A stretch of 64,000 nucleotides of DNA from Chiloscyllium plagiosum (lineage: Eukaryota), in assembly GCF_004010195.1 (NCBI RefSeq), contig NC_057713.1, forward strand, positions 102,540,124 through 102,604,123. Reading direction: 5' to 3'. The notes below the pieces were generated by a model that was not told the origin of the DNA, ran no database searches, and saw only the letters and a program-made list of their open reading frames with translations. How positions within the stretch are numbered: the first letter of the stretch is position 1; the number at the start of each line of letters is the position of its first letter. Made by a program: the position numbers and the translations under genes. This document shows positions 63,626 to 64,000 of the stretch, piece by piece.

Positions 63626-63665
63626 CACAGTGAGAAACAACGGAAAGAAGCTCATGGCAAAAACC
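63626..63665 (+). other. RSS of V-D with a 24-bp spacer
   Basis: CACAGTG - 24 nt - GCAAAAACC. Confidence 0.85.
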
Positions 63666-64000
63666 CCAAGGCTGCCTTCTACTCAGCGCAGTCGCATAAG
63701 TTTCCAGGCCACAGGTGGATTCCTTGTTACTAAAATACCAAATTGCAAAATCAAACTCAGGATTAACTTCAATTTTAATAATAAAAGCAGAGATAAATAT
63801 GACTGGAGTTTTGAATTCAAGGACAGATGTGGAAATAGGAACAGAGCAGTTCCATGCACGGCTTCAGTATCGCTGATGCCTTATTAGGGTGACACATCTT
63901 GAAGAAATACGTTCAGTTATTCACTTAGTTCGCCTGGCTTTTTTTTCCGCAGTAGATGAATCGGACAATCTTTGCCACACACGTCATTTTGGTTTTGGCC

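Noticed and set aside
49970-63665. Assignment of the V segments to Ig heavy/light, IgNAR, TRA/TRD or TRB
   Set aside because: HWY and YYCAxW motifs, 23-spacer RSS, tandem V-only (translocon) layout and no obvious octamer favour TRG; shark Ig genes are V-(D)-J-C clusters. No J or C is in the window, so this rests on motifs.

Overview
Vertebrate genomic DNA, almost certainly from a shark (inferred from HE1-type V-SINEs, CR1/HER1 LINEs with (GACTCTAT)n tails, Deu-domain SINEs and Penelope-like elements). The left part holds the first three coding exons of SUSD5 on the minus strand (signal peptide plus Link module); the gene continues beyond base 1. The right part holds the 5' end of a T-cell receptor gamma (TRG) locus on the plus strand: three intact V segments with leader, short intron, V exon and 23-bp-spacer RSS; one V pseudogene with an in-frame stop and a 24-bp-spacer RSS; and an orphan promoter plus leader that looks like a deleted V. 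The ~35 kb between the two loci is mostly retroelement debris. Most notable: (1) a ~140-bp inverted copy of the first V promoter placed downstream of that V and pointing back at its RSS; (2) a shared TCAYTTCYT promoter motif in front of five leader ATGs; (3) Penelope-derived hairpin and direct-repeat elements carrying minimal hammerhead-ribozyme cores; (4) a divergent pair of CTCF-like sites between SUSD5 and the V cluster; (5) SUSD5, not AMPH, as the 5' neighbour of TRG. All calls were made by eye; no searches were run, and repeat boundaries are approximate.
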